This document shows, piece after piece, positions 28,374 to 39,059 of a stretch of DNA of 64,000 bases (within the stretch, counting starts at the first letter, position 1; each line of letters opens with the position of its first letter). The notes beneath the pieces were generated by a model. That model was not told the origin of the DNA. It searched no databases and saw nothing but the letters and a program-made list of their open reading frames with translations. Position numbers and translations under genes: made by a program. The stretch is taken from the NCBI GenBank assembly GCA_963829925.1, contig CAWHKQ010000015.1, forward strand, positions 354,025-418,024. The letters are read 5' to 3'. The stretch is from an uncultured Acidobacteriota bacterium (GTDB lineage Bacteria; Acidobacteriota; Thermoanaerobaculia; UBA5066; Gp7-AA6).

Positions 28374-30708
28374 TCAGGTGTTCCGCAGCCGGTGGAGCTC
28401 CAGGAGGATCGGATGGTCGGCGTCGGCGAGGGCGAGCAGCTTCGAGAGCTCCGCTTCGACGGCCTGCGCGTCTTCGACGCGGCCGACACCTCGATACAGT
28501 TTGGCAAGCTCCAGCCGGTTTCTCAGCCAGTAGGCGCCCGTGTTGCCGCTGATCACCGCATCGCGTCTCTCCGGGTGCCGCTCGAGGACTTCGATGGCTA
28601 TCGGCGCATCTCCGCTTTTCGCGAGGGCCGCCGCCAGGGATTCAGAGCCGAGATAGAAGCCGGGGCGCTTCGGGCCCGCGCGATCGTCGAGCGCCATGGC
28701 TTTCTCGAGCTCGGAGATCGCCCCCGCGAGGTCTCCCCCCGCGAGCGCGATTTCCCCCGGCACCCTGTGGAGTTCCGGCAGGCCCTCCGTCTCTTCTTTC
28801 AGGCTCGCTGCAAGGAAGAGCCGCGCCTCCGACGTTAAGCCTGCCCGGGCCTGAAGAATGCTTGTTGTCTCCCAATAAACAAGCAGGAAAGCCCCGGGAG
28901 TCTCCCTCGTCAGCCCTGCAGTTCGTTCCGGTTCCTCGCTGATGCGCAAGAGGCGTGAAAGGGCGGGGGCGTCTCCTCTGACGAAGGCGATTTGCGCGAG
29001 CACGTCGTTACGAATCACGGGATCGGCGATCTTCGCGGAGGTTCGGGCGGCCGCCTCGATCCGGCCGAGCGTCAGGTAACCGAGAGCGGTCGCGAGGGCA
29101 AGGCGTTCTCTGGCGCGCCCTCCGAGAGAGTCGACCTTCCCGGCGACCCTGTCGATCTCACTCGCCGCCGTCACGAGTTCTCCCTTCAGCCAGTATTCGG
29201 TGAACGGCAAGAGGTCCAGCCAGGTGACCATGTTCGGAGCGCGGTCGGTGACCTCGGGCGTGATCAGCTCCGTGGCCCGGCGCACGTACGGTGCGGCTCG
29301 AGCCGGCTCGTCGATCCGAACGACAAAGTTGAAAGCGGCGTTCCAATTCGCACCGAAGCTGGTTGCGCGCGAGTCCGCGTACCGAGCCTCCAGTTGCACG
29401 GCCTTCTTCAGATCCTGCTCCAGGTCCCGCCACTTGTAGAGGGCGGCCAGGTTCCCCACGGCCCAGTAGTGGTCGGGGTGGAGACCGACGAGGGCCTCGT
29501 AGGCGGCGATGGCCTTTTCGCGTTCGCCGAGGAGGTGGTAGTAGCTCCCTCGGATGAAGTACCGCTCGCGCTCGGCCGTCGTTTCGGCGAGGCTCAGAGC
29601 CTTTTTGGCGAAGGGCTCGAAGTCCTCGACAGGCCTCGCCTGATTGGCAACCGTCCATGCCAGGTGGATCCAGGCCGACGCGAACTTGGGGTCCTCGGCG
29701 ACTGCCTGCTGTAAGAGCTCTTCCGCTGCCGCCTGGTTGTTGTCCCGCGCCATCAGCAGGTCTGCCTGGGAATAGAGCTGCAAGGCTCTTAGATTGGCAG
29801 TCGTGACCTTCGCGAGCCCGGCTCGTTCAGGATCGCCGGACGGGGGCTTCTTTTCACCAAGCGCTGACCGAACGCGATCCGAGATACGTCGCATAGCCGA
29901 GAGCGAACCGTCCATTCCGGGGCTTTCCTCGCTCAACCCGGCCAGCGTGGTGCTCTGCTTCGGGTCCACGATCTCGACGCTGAAAAGGTACTTCGGGCCG
30001 AGCTTCTCGACGCGTCCGGTAATCAGGGCCCGGATCTCTCCATCCCTCACGCAGACTTCCCGCGCCAGCGGCGCATCAAGGGGAGCGTCGAGTGGCTTCC
30101 TCATCAGCCGCAGCGCGTCCTCGACTCGTTCCCGGGAGACCACGTTGACGTGCCGCGAGTTGGAGAGCTCTCGTCCGAGCGCGTAATCGAGCGTTCCATC
30201 GAAGAGCTTCTCTCCGGTTCGGTTCTCGAAACCCGCGACTAGGACCCAATCCCGAGCCTCGAAGGGGAGCGTTCCCGCGGCTGGACCCGAACCGTTGCGC
30301 GACAGCCAAGCGACGATACCCGCGGCCAGCACCGCCGCCGCGAAGCCTGCCGCCACCCTCAGGGCCCGTCGGGGTTTGGGAAGGGAAGGGGCGAGCACCG
30401 GTGTCGGCGCGGCCGTCGGAGCCACCACGTCCACGGATTCGGGCGCTGGAGCCTCCGCCTCTAAGGCGCCGTTTTGCTCCGCGAGAACCGCGCCCCGCTC
30501 CTTCCACCAGGCGTCGAGCTCCGATGTGAAGGCGTAGACCGTGCCGCGCTTCTCGTGCTGGTGCCGGTGGACCGGGCAGCCCCTCTTCCGCCTCCCAGCG
30601 CTGCACGCTGCGCACGCTTTTCCGCAGGTAGGAGGCGATCTCCTTCCAGGAGTCGAGCCGGCTCCCGGCAGGGGAGGCCTGCCGGGGCTCGGCGGAGGGG
30701 TTGTCCAC
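28374..30708 (-). CDS. membrane-anchored one-component regulator B (paralog of A; one frameshift near 30567)
   Basis: MDNPSAEPRQASPAGSRLDSWKEIASYLRKSVRSVQRWEAEEGLP is in one frame. VHRHQHEKRGTVYAFTSELDAWWKERG..., the TM helix, WVLVAGFENRTGEKLFDGTLDYALGRELS and the long TPR-like region are in the next. B carries 1 extra nt relative to A at the join. Confidence 0.75.
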
Positions 30709-30910
30709 GGCTTTCTCTCGACTTCAGTCTATCTCCGTGCCGTCTCGCCCTGCGGATCATCTGAGTACGCCAAGACACGCCATCCGTGCCCTGGCGCCTC
30801 ATGACGCTTGCCGGGGCTCCGCGATCACGCGTATGTGGAACTCGAATGATTTTCGACATCCCTCCGGGATTCACCCGGCGGAATCTCGAGAAAGAAACGA
30901 GGAAGAGGCG

Positions 30911-31582
30911 ATGAACAGGAACCTCATGAGATCCGCGATCGGGTTCGGTGCCGTGATCGTTCTCCTTGGCTGGGCGTCCTCGGCGACTGCTTTGCCGAAA
31001 CCCCCGTGCCTCCGCCGAGCCACGACCACGCCGTGGCGGTCACTGTCTCGAACAACGTCGGTGACTCGATTCTGGGCGATGGCGGCGTCTATACCGACGG
31101 TGTCGACGGTGTGGGAGCCAGGATTTGGGACTTCGGTCCCCCTCCTGCTACCGATCATCTCCATTTTCAGGTCGGCACCAGCCGGCCCCTGAGCCTCGTG
31201 ATCGCGGATCAGCCCGGCCTCCCCGCTGGCGGGGTGAACGTGCAGTGTCGGGCGAGCCGGCTCAAGCCCAATGAGAGCCCGATCGGCTTTCAGTTCTACA
31301 ACGACCCCAACTTTCCTGTCGGCGATAGCACGAGCGGGCCCGAGAACTATGGAGGCACCTTCAAGTGCACTACGGACAATCCTGGGAAGATCGGCTGGTT
31401 CGTTCACTGGAATCCTTCGGATGAGTGCATCGTCGTCTCGCATCCAGCGGCCTCCACCTACACCTTCACCGCAGGAGCCGGCTGTGCAGCCGATGTGTCC
31501 CGGATCGTCAACGGTACCGTCCAGGCACCCTCTGGGGGCGTACGACGTTCCGTTCCAGGTCATCGCCGTTGAGCTTCCGTAA
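30911..31582 (+). CDS. small secreted protein, family P member 2 (2 frameshifts)
   Basis: Signal peptide MNRNLMRSAIGFGAVIVLLGWASSATA. The first shift is in CCCCC at 31001-31005. Then comes VGDSILGDGGVYTDG. The second shift is at ~31530. The end is YDVPFQVIAVELP. It is divergent from regulator B. Confidence 0.55.
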
Positions 31583-31680
31583 CGAAGTTGTGGCTGTGTC
31601 GAGAGTCGCGGCGTGGAGCAGTTCTGCTTGGGCTGCTCCACCCCGCCCGTACGACGTGTGAGCAAACACTGGAGGCGGAC

Positions 31681-32892
31681 ATGGAGACTGCAAGGCTTCT
31701 CAGAACGATCGTCCTAACGTCGGTCTTCGCATCCGTCTTTGCGATGACCGAGGTCGAGGCTCAGATCCCGGGCCTCATTCACCACTACCCGGGCGACGTC
31801 GACGGAAGCGACATGGCGGGGACGAACCCGGGCACCTTCGAGAACGGCGCGACGGCGGGGACTCCGGGGAAAGTGAGAGGCGCCTTCTCTTTCGACGGGA
31901 TCGACGACGGGGTGAACCTCGGAAACGTCCCGGACCTCGACTACACGGCAACGAGCTCTTTCACCTGGGAAGCATGGGTCAACAGCTTCGGACCGGGCGC
32001 GCAGCCGTTCCAGTTCATCATCAATACCAACTACGACTGCACTCTTTCAACCCACGCGTCCCAAGTTCTGTGGATCGACTCTTTCTCCCCCCTCGGTAAG
32101 GTGCATTTTCGCGTTTGCGACGGGCCGAATTGCGTGCTGCTGGACTCTCCATCGCTGATTGCCTTCAACGTGTGGAATCACATCGTCGTGGTTCGCGACG
32201 TCACGCCGTCAGGGAAACTGCTCAAGATCTATGTCAACTGCGCGCTGGTGGCAATCGCCGAGGACACGACGACTGGATCGCTCACGTCTCCGGGCGATGA
32301 CTTCATCGGAAGGCGGTTTGTCTGCCCGACAACGGGCAACTTCAACGGGCTGATCGACGAGGTGCGCTTCTACGATCGGGCCCTCGCCGACGAGGAAGTC
32401 GCGCAGGGCTACTGCAATGGCGACGCCGACGGCGATGGTATCGGGGACGGCAACGACAACTGTCCTATCACCTCGAATTCTAACCAGACGGACGTCGACG
32501 GCGACGGCGTCGGCGATGCCTGTGACGGTGATGATGACAACGATGGGGTCCTGGACGAAGGCGACAACTGTCCCATGATCGCGAACTCGGCCCAGGGGGA
32601 CCTCGACGGAGACGGCATCGGCGATGCCTGTGACGGTGACGATGACAACGATGGGGTTTCGGACGCAGTTGACGGCTGCCCCGGCACTCCCCCGGGCGGG
32701 GTGGTCAACTCCGACGGTTGCACGATCGCAGCCCTATGTCCGTGTGAGAACTCCTGGAAATCCCATGGCGCCTACGTCTCCTGTGTCAGCCGTACGGCCG
32801 AGACCTTCGTTGATGCCGGGTTGATCACGGAAGTGCAGAAAGGTGCCATCGTCTCCGAGGCGGCGCTGTCAGACTGCGGTAGCAAGAATTAA
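31681..32892 (+). CDS. secreted LamG-domain protein with thrombospondin type-3 (calcium-binding) repeats
   Basis: Signal peptide METARLLRTIVLTSVFASVFAMTEVEA. The LamG/Laminin_G_3-like region reads AFSFDGIDDGVNLG...FTWEAWV...WNHIVVVRD...IDEVRFYDRAL. It has 5 repeats of the DxDxDGxGDxCD/DNC type. The Cys-rich end is CPCENSWKSHGAYVSCV. Confidence 0.8.
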   Translation: METARLLRTIVLTSVFASVFAMTEVEAQIPGLIHHYPGDVDGSDMAGTNPGTFENGATAGTPGKVRGAFSFDGIDDGVNLGNVPDLDYTATSSFTWEAWVNSFGPGAQPFQFIINTNYDCTLSTHASQVLWIDSFSPLGKVHFRVCDGPNCVLLDSPSLIAFNVWNHIVVVRDVTPSGKLLKIYVNCALVAIAEDTTTGSLTSPGDDFIGRRFVCPTTGNFNGLIDEVRFYDRALADEEVAQGYCNGDADGDGIGDGNDNCPITSNSNQTDVDGDGVGDACDGDDDNDGVLDEGDNCPMIANSAQGDLDGDGIGDACDGDDDNDGVSDAVDGCPGTPPGGVVNSDGCTIAALCPCENSWKSHGAYVSCVSRTAETFVDAGLITEVQKGAIVSEAALSDCGSKN

Positions 32893-32928
32893 GACCCGAA
32901 GGAACTGAGAAAAAAAGAGAAAAAAGCG

Positions 32929-33200
32929 ATGAACAAGATTCTCATGAGAAGGGCGATCCGGCTCGGGGCCCTGATCGTTCTGGTGGGCCGGGCGTCCTTG
33001 GCGCCCGCGGCGCCAAGATCAGCCAGCGTCCCCCATCCGTGTGACGTAGCGGTCGCCGACCGACCGGGCGACTCGATCCTGAGTGATGGTGGGGGAAATC
33101 TACACGGATGGTGCCGAGCTCAGGCAAGACCTACGTGAACCCGCTCGGCACGGTGTTCCAGCCGATCCAGGACACGTCGGCGGTTGAAACATGTCCATGA
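32929..33200 (+). pseudogene. chimeric remnant: the 5' ~60 codons of a family-P gene joined to the last ~25 codons of a Vgb-type C-terminal domain
   Basis: MNKILMRRAIRLGALIVLVGRASLA...GDSILSDGGG(I)YTDG aligns with P2. From ~33108 the DNA aligns with 28197-28285. KTYVNPLGTVFQPIQDTSAVETCP* corresponds to KTYVNQLGTAFQPIQDASAFATCP*. Two frame changes are needed. Confidence 0.5.
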
Positions 33201-33256
33201 CCGAAGAGCCATGCACGCCTCGCGCCGGCTGAGAACTGGGGTGGGAGTGGAGGGGA

Positions 33257-33904
33257 ATGTTACGTAAAGTCTGGTTCGCGCTGTCGAACGCAGCTCGTTC
33301 CGGCGCGAGACCGCCGCCTGAGAACTCGACGACAGCGAGCCTCGACCTAGCTCCGAGCGAGCCTGCGGGCGCCGGCCTGATGGAGGTCACGGGGATCTAC
33401 CAGGACGGAAAGGGCACTTACCTGCCGGGTGACTCGGTGGAGTTCTTCCAGAGCGACCTGCGGATCACACCGCTCTGCTCGGCCAATCGCTCGCTCAACG
33501 CCCTGCTGCCCGCAGCGGCGCTGGCACGGTTGACGGGACTCATGGAGACCTGCCGCGGAAAGGGAGCTCTCCTGAAGATCCCCGCACTGCTGAACGCCCA
33601 GACAGGAGTCGTCGGCGAGCCGTCGCTGCCGCCCGACTATCCCAAGGGCGCCAGCGTCTTCTATTACTTCTTCGTGGACTCGAATGGCGACGGCAGGGTC
33701 TCGCCAGATAACGACGCGTACGCGCTCGTCTGGCAGAACGGGATCCATTTGACGCGCATCGAACACGCTGACCGGACGGTCTATGAGCTCACGACGGACC
33801 TCACCTCGACCGACGCCGAGCTGATTCGCGAAACCGAGGCGGGCGGCGTGAGCGAGGGTGTTTTCTTCGTGCCCCTCCGGCTGACTGCAACCCGGTTGAA
33901 GTGA
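33257..33904 (+). CDS. family-P-like protein lacking a recognisable signal peptide (possibly 5'-truncated)
   Basis: GIYQDGKGTY matches the G(V/I)YTDG position of P2 and the remnant. The C-terminal pattern TVYELTTD...AELIRE...GVFFVPLRLTATRLK matches the ends of P1 and P2. The true start is unclear; there is an ATG near 33380. Confidence 0.45.
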   Translation: MLRKVWFALSNAARSGARPPPENSTTASLDLAPSEPAGAGLMEVTGIYQDGKGTYLPGDSVEFFQSDLRITPLCSANRSLNALLPAAALARLTGLMETCRGKGALLKIPALLNAQTGVVGEPSLPPDYPKGASVFYYFFVDSNGDGRVSPDNDAYALVWQNGIHLTRIEHADRTVYELTTDLTSTDAELIRETEAGGVSEGVFFVPLRLTATRLK

Positions 33905-34054
33905 CCGAAGGGCGGCGCAAAATGGCTGCCGGGGTATAGACTTCCCTCAACATTCGATTCACACCGGAACCGGTCCGCCGAGCGGCCTCCGTGCCCGACG
34001 CTCCGCCTTCCACGGGAGAGAGGGGTGGGTTACGAGGAGACCGGTCCCCGTCCC

Positions 34055-36984
34055 ATGCGTCGTCGTCCTGGGTCTAGCCGTCTCGCTGCTGACGGTCGGA
34101 GCCGGGGCCGCCCAGACGACCGGAGGCATTGCCGGCAAGGTCGTCAATTCCGAAGGCGCAGGCCCTTCCGGGCGCGGCCGTCGAAGTCTCGAGCCCGAGA
34201 CTCCAGGGGACCCGGAACGCCGAGACGTCAAGCGACGGGACGTACCGGATACCGTTTCTGCCGCCGGGGCCGTATCGAGTTCGCGCCACCGTTCCGGGAT
34301 TCGCCGGGGCGGAGCGATCCGCGACGGTGACCCTCGATGCCACGGCAACGGTGGACCTGGCCCTGCGGATTCTCGCTGAAGAGCAAGTCCTCGTCTCGGG
34401 ACGCCCGCCGCACCTGGACTCGACGGCGACGACCACGGGCACGAGCTACACCTACGACGTCATCAAACACCTTCCCGTGGCGCGGAACTACGCCCAGGTC
34501 GTGGAGGCGAATCCCTGCGTCTTCTCGGACCGGGGCGTGACGCAAGGGCGATCCCTGGCTCTCTCGATCTACGGCGCCACTTCCGCCGAGAACCAGTGGG
34601 TCATCGACGGCATCAACACCACGAATGTCCTCCTCGGGATCCAGGGCAAGGCACTCAACAACGAGTTCGTCCAGGAAGTTCAGGTCATGACGGGCGGCTA
34701 TCAGGCGGAGTATGGCGGGGCGCTCGGGGGCGTGATCAACGTGGTCACGAAGGCGGGGAAACGTGTTCCACGGTGATGCGTTCGCCTACTACGACTCGGG
34801 CTCGCTGAGCGCGGAGAGGACATTCGTCGCCGAAGGGGACTCGCCGCTCACCGGGATGCGCCTCGCCGAGTACCAGCGCATCGATTTCGGCGTTGGTCTC
34901 GGAGGGTTCATCGTCAAAGACCGGCTGTGGTTCTTCGGCGCCTACAACCGCGTGGAGTTTCCGCAAAGGTCTCGCGTTACGTCGCCACCGAGCTGGTGGA
35001 TGAGACGATGGAGTTTCCGTTGAACGGAGTGGAGAATCTCTACACCGGCAAGCTGACTTGGAACGTCGCCCCGGGGTCCACACTCATCGCGGCGGTCCTG
35101 GCCGACCCGGTGACGAATTCGGGGGCGGGGCTCGCCGATCCGCGGCAGGGAGGAGGGGTCGGCGCCCAGGACATCACGAACCCCGACCCCTCGACGTGGG
35201 AGTCGAAGAGATCCGGAGGCGGCACCGACTTTGGCGTACGCTGGAATCAGGTCTTCGGCGCCACCGCTCTGGCGACGCTCCAGATCGCGCGGCACCAGGA
35301 CCGCTACCAGCTGGAGGCGACGGGGTCGGCGTCCGAACCGCGTCTCGAGGATTTCACCTGTGAAGGAGGCAGACGCCAACTGCCATGCGAGATACCGCCG
35401 GTCCCCCGCTTCGCCACAGGCGGGTTCGGCCGGCTGGGCGGCGCCCACAACAACAGCTCCTCCTACCGCAACCAGCTGCGGGCCGACACGGTCGTCTACC
35501 GGGGAGTGCATGAGATCGGAGTGGGCGGCGCGTACCAGAGCGCCCGGACCAACGTGGAAGTGTTCTTCACCGGGGGCCAGGTGATCAGCCGTTACAACGA
35601 ATACGGACAGGAGTACTACGAGCACCGCTTCTACACGGGGAATCCCGACGATCCCTCTGCCGACGATCGAAGAGCACGCGCCAGCACGCGGGAACTCGGT
35701 TTCTACGTGCAGGACTCGTGGCGCGCGGCCCCCGGCCTGACGATCAACGCGGGGCTGCGGTGGGACGGAGAAGACGTCCAGAGATTCGATGACGAGACCG
35801 TCCTCCGAACGGAGCAGTGGCAGCCGCGTCTCGGGGTCGTGTGGGATCCCTGGCGGGATGGAGCGACGAAGATCTACGCTTTTGCGGGTCGGCTCGCCTA
35901 CGCGCTGCCGACCGACCTGGCCGCGCGAGCCTGGCTCGACTTCGTCACGGTGACGACCTACAACTTCGACCCGGTCGGTATCGCGCAGGCCGAGAATGTC
36001 TTCGGGCACGAGACGAATTTCGTGTACGGTCAGGGTTTCGGAACCATTGTGGACGGGGACCTGGACCCGTTCGTTCAAGACGAGCTCTCCATCGGCATCG
36101 AGAGGCTGCTCAATCCGTCATTGACTCTCGGCCTGAAGGCGAGCTATCGCCGTCTTTCGAGCGCGATCGAGGACCGCTGCGACCTGGACTACAACGCGCC
36201 GGAGAACAACGGGTCCTTCTGCGCCATCACGAACCCGGGCTCACAGAATCCGTACGCGCGCGGCGACTTCCCCTCCTGCGACCGGCTCGATGCGTACGAC
36301 AGCTGCGCCGACGGCATCCCGACGTACCCGGCGCCACGGATGCCCGAGATCAGCCGCATCTACCGGGGAATCGAGCTGCTCGCGCGGAAGTCGCTCTCGG
36401 ACGGGCTCTGGCTCCAGGCGTCCTTCGTATTCTCCTCGCTCCGCGGCAACTACGACGGGATGGTCTCCGAGAGCGGTCAGACGGACCCGGGGATCAACTC
36501 CGACTTCGATTACCCGGCCATGTATCCGAACAGCTACGGGCGTCTCTTCCTCGACCGGCCGTACAGCCTCCGGTTCGACGGCTTCTATGCGACGCCCCTT
36601 CGCCTCTCGATCGGGCTCCAGGCGTGGCTCCGCTCGGGAGCGCCGCTCAACCAGTACGGGTATTACAACTGGGGCTACGGAGCCACTCGGCTCGTGCCCC
36701 GGGGTTCCGCGGGCCGACTCCCGATGGAGTGGGACGCCAACCTGACGCTCGAATACCCGATCGTCGTCGGCCCGGTGACCGTGACCTTGCAGGGCTACCT
36801 GTACAACGTGTTCAACAATCAGATCGAGACAGGCCGGGACCAGGTCTGGTCCAATCAGCCTCCGGCGGACTATCCCGACTCGCTCTACGATCCGAACCAG
36901 CCTCAAAGCAATCCCTACTATGGACTGACCACCGCACGGCGGGAGCCGAGACTCTTTCGCGCTGCGCTCCGGGTCTCGTTCTGA
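34055..36984 (+). CDS. TonB-dependent receptor with an N-terminal carboxypeptidase-regulatory-like domain (about 4 frame changes in the first kb)
   Basis: Leader MRRR..LGLAVSLLTVGAGAAQT. The CarboxypepD_reg-like part reads GIAGKVVNSEG...AVEVSSPRLQGTRNAETSSDGTYRIPFLPPGPYRVRATVPGF. The plug reads ENQWVIDGINTTN...VQVMTGGYQAEYGGALGGVINVVTK. A long barrel ends in ...FRAALRVSF with a terminal Phe. Confidence 0.8.
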
Positions 36985-37202
36985 GGCGCTAGCCTCCGAC
37001 CCGCGTGTCGGATATCGAGGCAGCGCGCCGCTGCTGCCGGCGGAACGGCCGTTCTTCCGGCAGCGCCTCCAGCCTCCGCGCGAGCGACTCGAGGCTCGCG
37101 AGGTTGTCGTCTGCTCGTGTTGGTGAAGACACCGTAGACGTCCTCGTGGATGTTCCTGATGTCGTCGGCGTCCACCGGAATGTCTCGCGGATCGAGTTCC
37201 GA

Positions 37203-38393
37203 CTACCGGACAGTGCCGTGTGGATCGAGCACGAACTTCTTGGCGGCGCCGGAATCGAAGTTCTTGTATCCCTCGGGCGCTTGCTCCAGCGGAATCACTG
37301 TCGCATTGACGATCTTTGCAATCGGGAGCCGGTCGTGGAGGATCGCCTGCATGAGCGAACGGTTATAACGGAGCACCGGCGTCTGGCCGGTGAAGAACCC
37401 GTGCGACTTGGCCCAACCGAGGCCGAATCGCACGCGCAGGTTGCCGTGCTTGGCCCCCTCGTCGACGCCGCCGGGATCGTCGGTCACGTACAGGCCCGGA
37501 ATTCCGATCCGGCCGGCCGCCCGGGTGATGGTCATCAGCGAGTTGAGTACGGTCGCGGGGGCCTCCGTCACGTGGTCCTTGCCGTGCCCGCGGGCTTCGA
37601 AGCCCACCGCGTCCACGGCCGCGTCCACCTCGGGGGTCCCGAGGACCTGTTCGATCAGCTCCTCGAGCTTGTCGCTCTTGGTCAGGTCGATCGCTTCGAA
37701 TCCGACGGACTTCGCGTGCGCGAGGCGCACAGGGTTCATGTCGCCGATCAGGACCACGGCGGCTCCGAGCAGGCGCGCCGAGGCGGCCGCCGCGAGACCG
37801 ACGGGACCGGCACCGGCCACGTAGACGGTGGAGCCGGCGCCGACTCCCGCCGACACCGCTCCGTGGAAGCCGGTCGGCAGAATGTCGGACAGCATGGTCA
37901 GATCCAGGATCTTTTCGAGAGCCTGCGCTTTGTTCGGAAACTTCAGCAGATTGAAATCGGCATACGGCACCATGACGAAGTCGGCCTGGCCGCCGACCCA
38001 GCCGCCCATGTCGACGTACCCGTAGGCGCCTCCGGCCCGGCCGGGGTTCACGTTCAGGCAAACGCCGGTGCTCCCTTCGCGGCACGTGCGGCATCGCCCG
38101 CAGGCCACGTTGAACGGCACGGTGACGAGGTCGCCGATGTTCAGGTACTCGACGTCGCCGCCTTTCTCGATGATCTCCCCGGTGATCTCGTGCCCGAGCA
38201 CCAGGCCTTTCGGAGCGGTCGTTCGGCCGCGGACCATGTGCTGGTCGGAGCCGCAGATGTTGGTGCAGACGACCTTGAGAATGACGCCGTGCTCGATGCT
38301 CTTCTTGTTGGGCGCGACGAACTTCGGATAGTCGATCGACTGGACCTCGACCTCTCCGGGTCCCAGGTAAGCCACACCCCGATTGCTTGCCAT
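37203..38393 (-). CDS. fdhA: glutathione-independent formaldehyde dehydrogenase (Zn-dependent)
   Basis: Intact 396-aa ORF. Matches KVVCTNICGSDQHMVRGRT...GHEITGEIIEKG...CGRCRTCREG...GGWVGGQADFVMVPYADFNLLKFP...VAGAGPVGL. Confidence 0.9.
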   Translation of the reverse strand: MASNRGVAYLGPGEVEVQSIDYPKFVAPNKKSIEHGVILKVVCTNICGSDQHMVRGRTTAPKGLVLGHEITGEIIEKGGDVEYLNIGDLVTVPFNVACGRCRTCREGSTGVCLNVNPGRAGGAYGYVDMGGWVGGQADFVMVPYADFNLLKFPNKAQALEKILDLTMLSDILPTGFHGAVSAGVGAGSTVYVAGAGPVGLAAAASARLLGAAVVLIGDMNPVRLAHAKSVGFEAIDLTKSDKLEELIEQVLGTPEVDAAVDAVGFEARGHGKDHVTEAPATVLNSLMTITRAAGRIGIPGLYVTDDPGGVDEGAKHGNLRVRFGLGWAKSHGFFTGQTPVLRYNRSLMQAILHDRLPIAKIVNATVIPLEQAPEGYKNFDSGAAKKFVLDPHGTVR

Positions 38394-38436
38394 TTTGCCT
38401 CCTCTCCGGCCGCTTCGGGCCGCTTCGACCGGTCGC

Positions 38437-38832
38437 CTAGAAAGCCTTCGCGCCCGCTTCGGCGACGGAGTGGTCCTGGTCGCCAGATCCGCCGCTGACG
38501 CCGATGGCCCCGACGACCTTCCCGTCCTTCTTGAGCGGTATTCCGCCCGCGAAGATCATGATCTTTCCGTCGTTGGAGGCGTGAATGCCGAAGAACTGAC
38601 CGCCCGACTGGGAGTGTGTGGCGAGGTCCTTCGTCTCGATGTCGAAGGCGCGGGAGGTGAAGGCCTTCTTGATCGAGATGTCGATGCTCCCGAGCCAGGC
38701 CCCGTCCATGCGCACGTGGGAGACCAGGTTGCCGCCGGCGTCGGCGACGGCGATGTTCATGGGCTGCCCGATCTCCTGCGCCTTCTTTTCCGCCGCCGTG
38801 ATGACTCTCCGCGCGTCCTGAAGGGTGACCAT
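38437..38832 (-). CDS. GlcG/HbpS-like heme-binding protein (DUF336)
   Basis: GGAGG RBS before the ATG at 38832. Matches MVTLQDARRVITAAEKKAQEIGQPMNIAVADAGGNLVSH...SIDISIKKAFTSRAF...GGIPL...GAIGVSGGSGDQD. Confidence 0.8.
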   Translation of the reverse strand: MVTLQDARRVITAAEKKAQEIGQPMNIAVADAGGNLVSHVRMDGAWLGSIDISIKKAFTSRAFDIETKDLATHSQSGGQFFGIHASNDGKIMIFAGGIPLKKDGKVVGAIGVSGGSGDQDHSVAEAGAKAF

Positions 38833-39059
38833 TTGCCGTCCTCCTGTGTCGTTTTCAGTTTTCGTTCGCCGTTGCTTCCTGCCCCGGCGTCGCGTCGCGG
38901 CGATCTCGTCCCCATCCTCGGGATCCCGTCGGTAGCATATCGCCCGATCCCGTTTCACAACGAGGCGGAGCGGCGACGAGAAAACTCGGGGTCAGCAGAC
39001 GGAACCGCCCCTCAGAACGCGGCGGACGCTGACGGGAACGAACCGAGAGTAGGGCGTTA

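Noticed and set aside
36989-37175. Small minus-strand ORF just downstream of fdhA (VDADDIRNIHEDVYGVFTNTS..., continuing after a frame change as DNLASLESLARRLEALPEERPFRRQQRR...)
   Set aside because: It looks protein-like but is short, needs a frameshift, and has no recognisable family or RBS. It could be a gene remnant. There is not enough support to annotate it.
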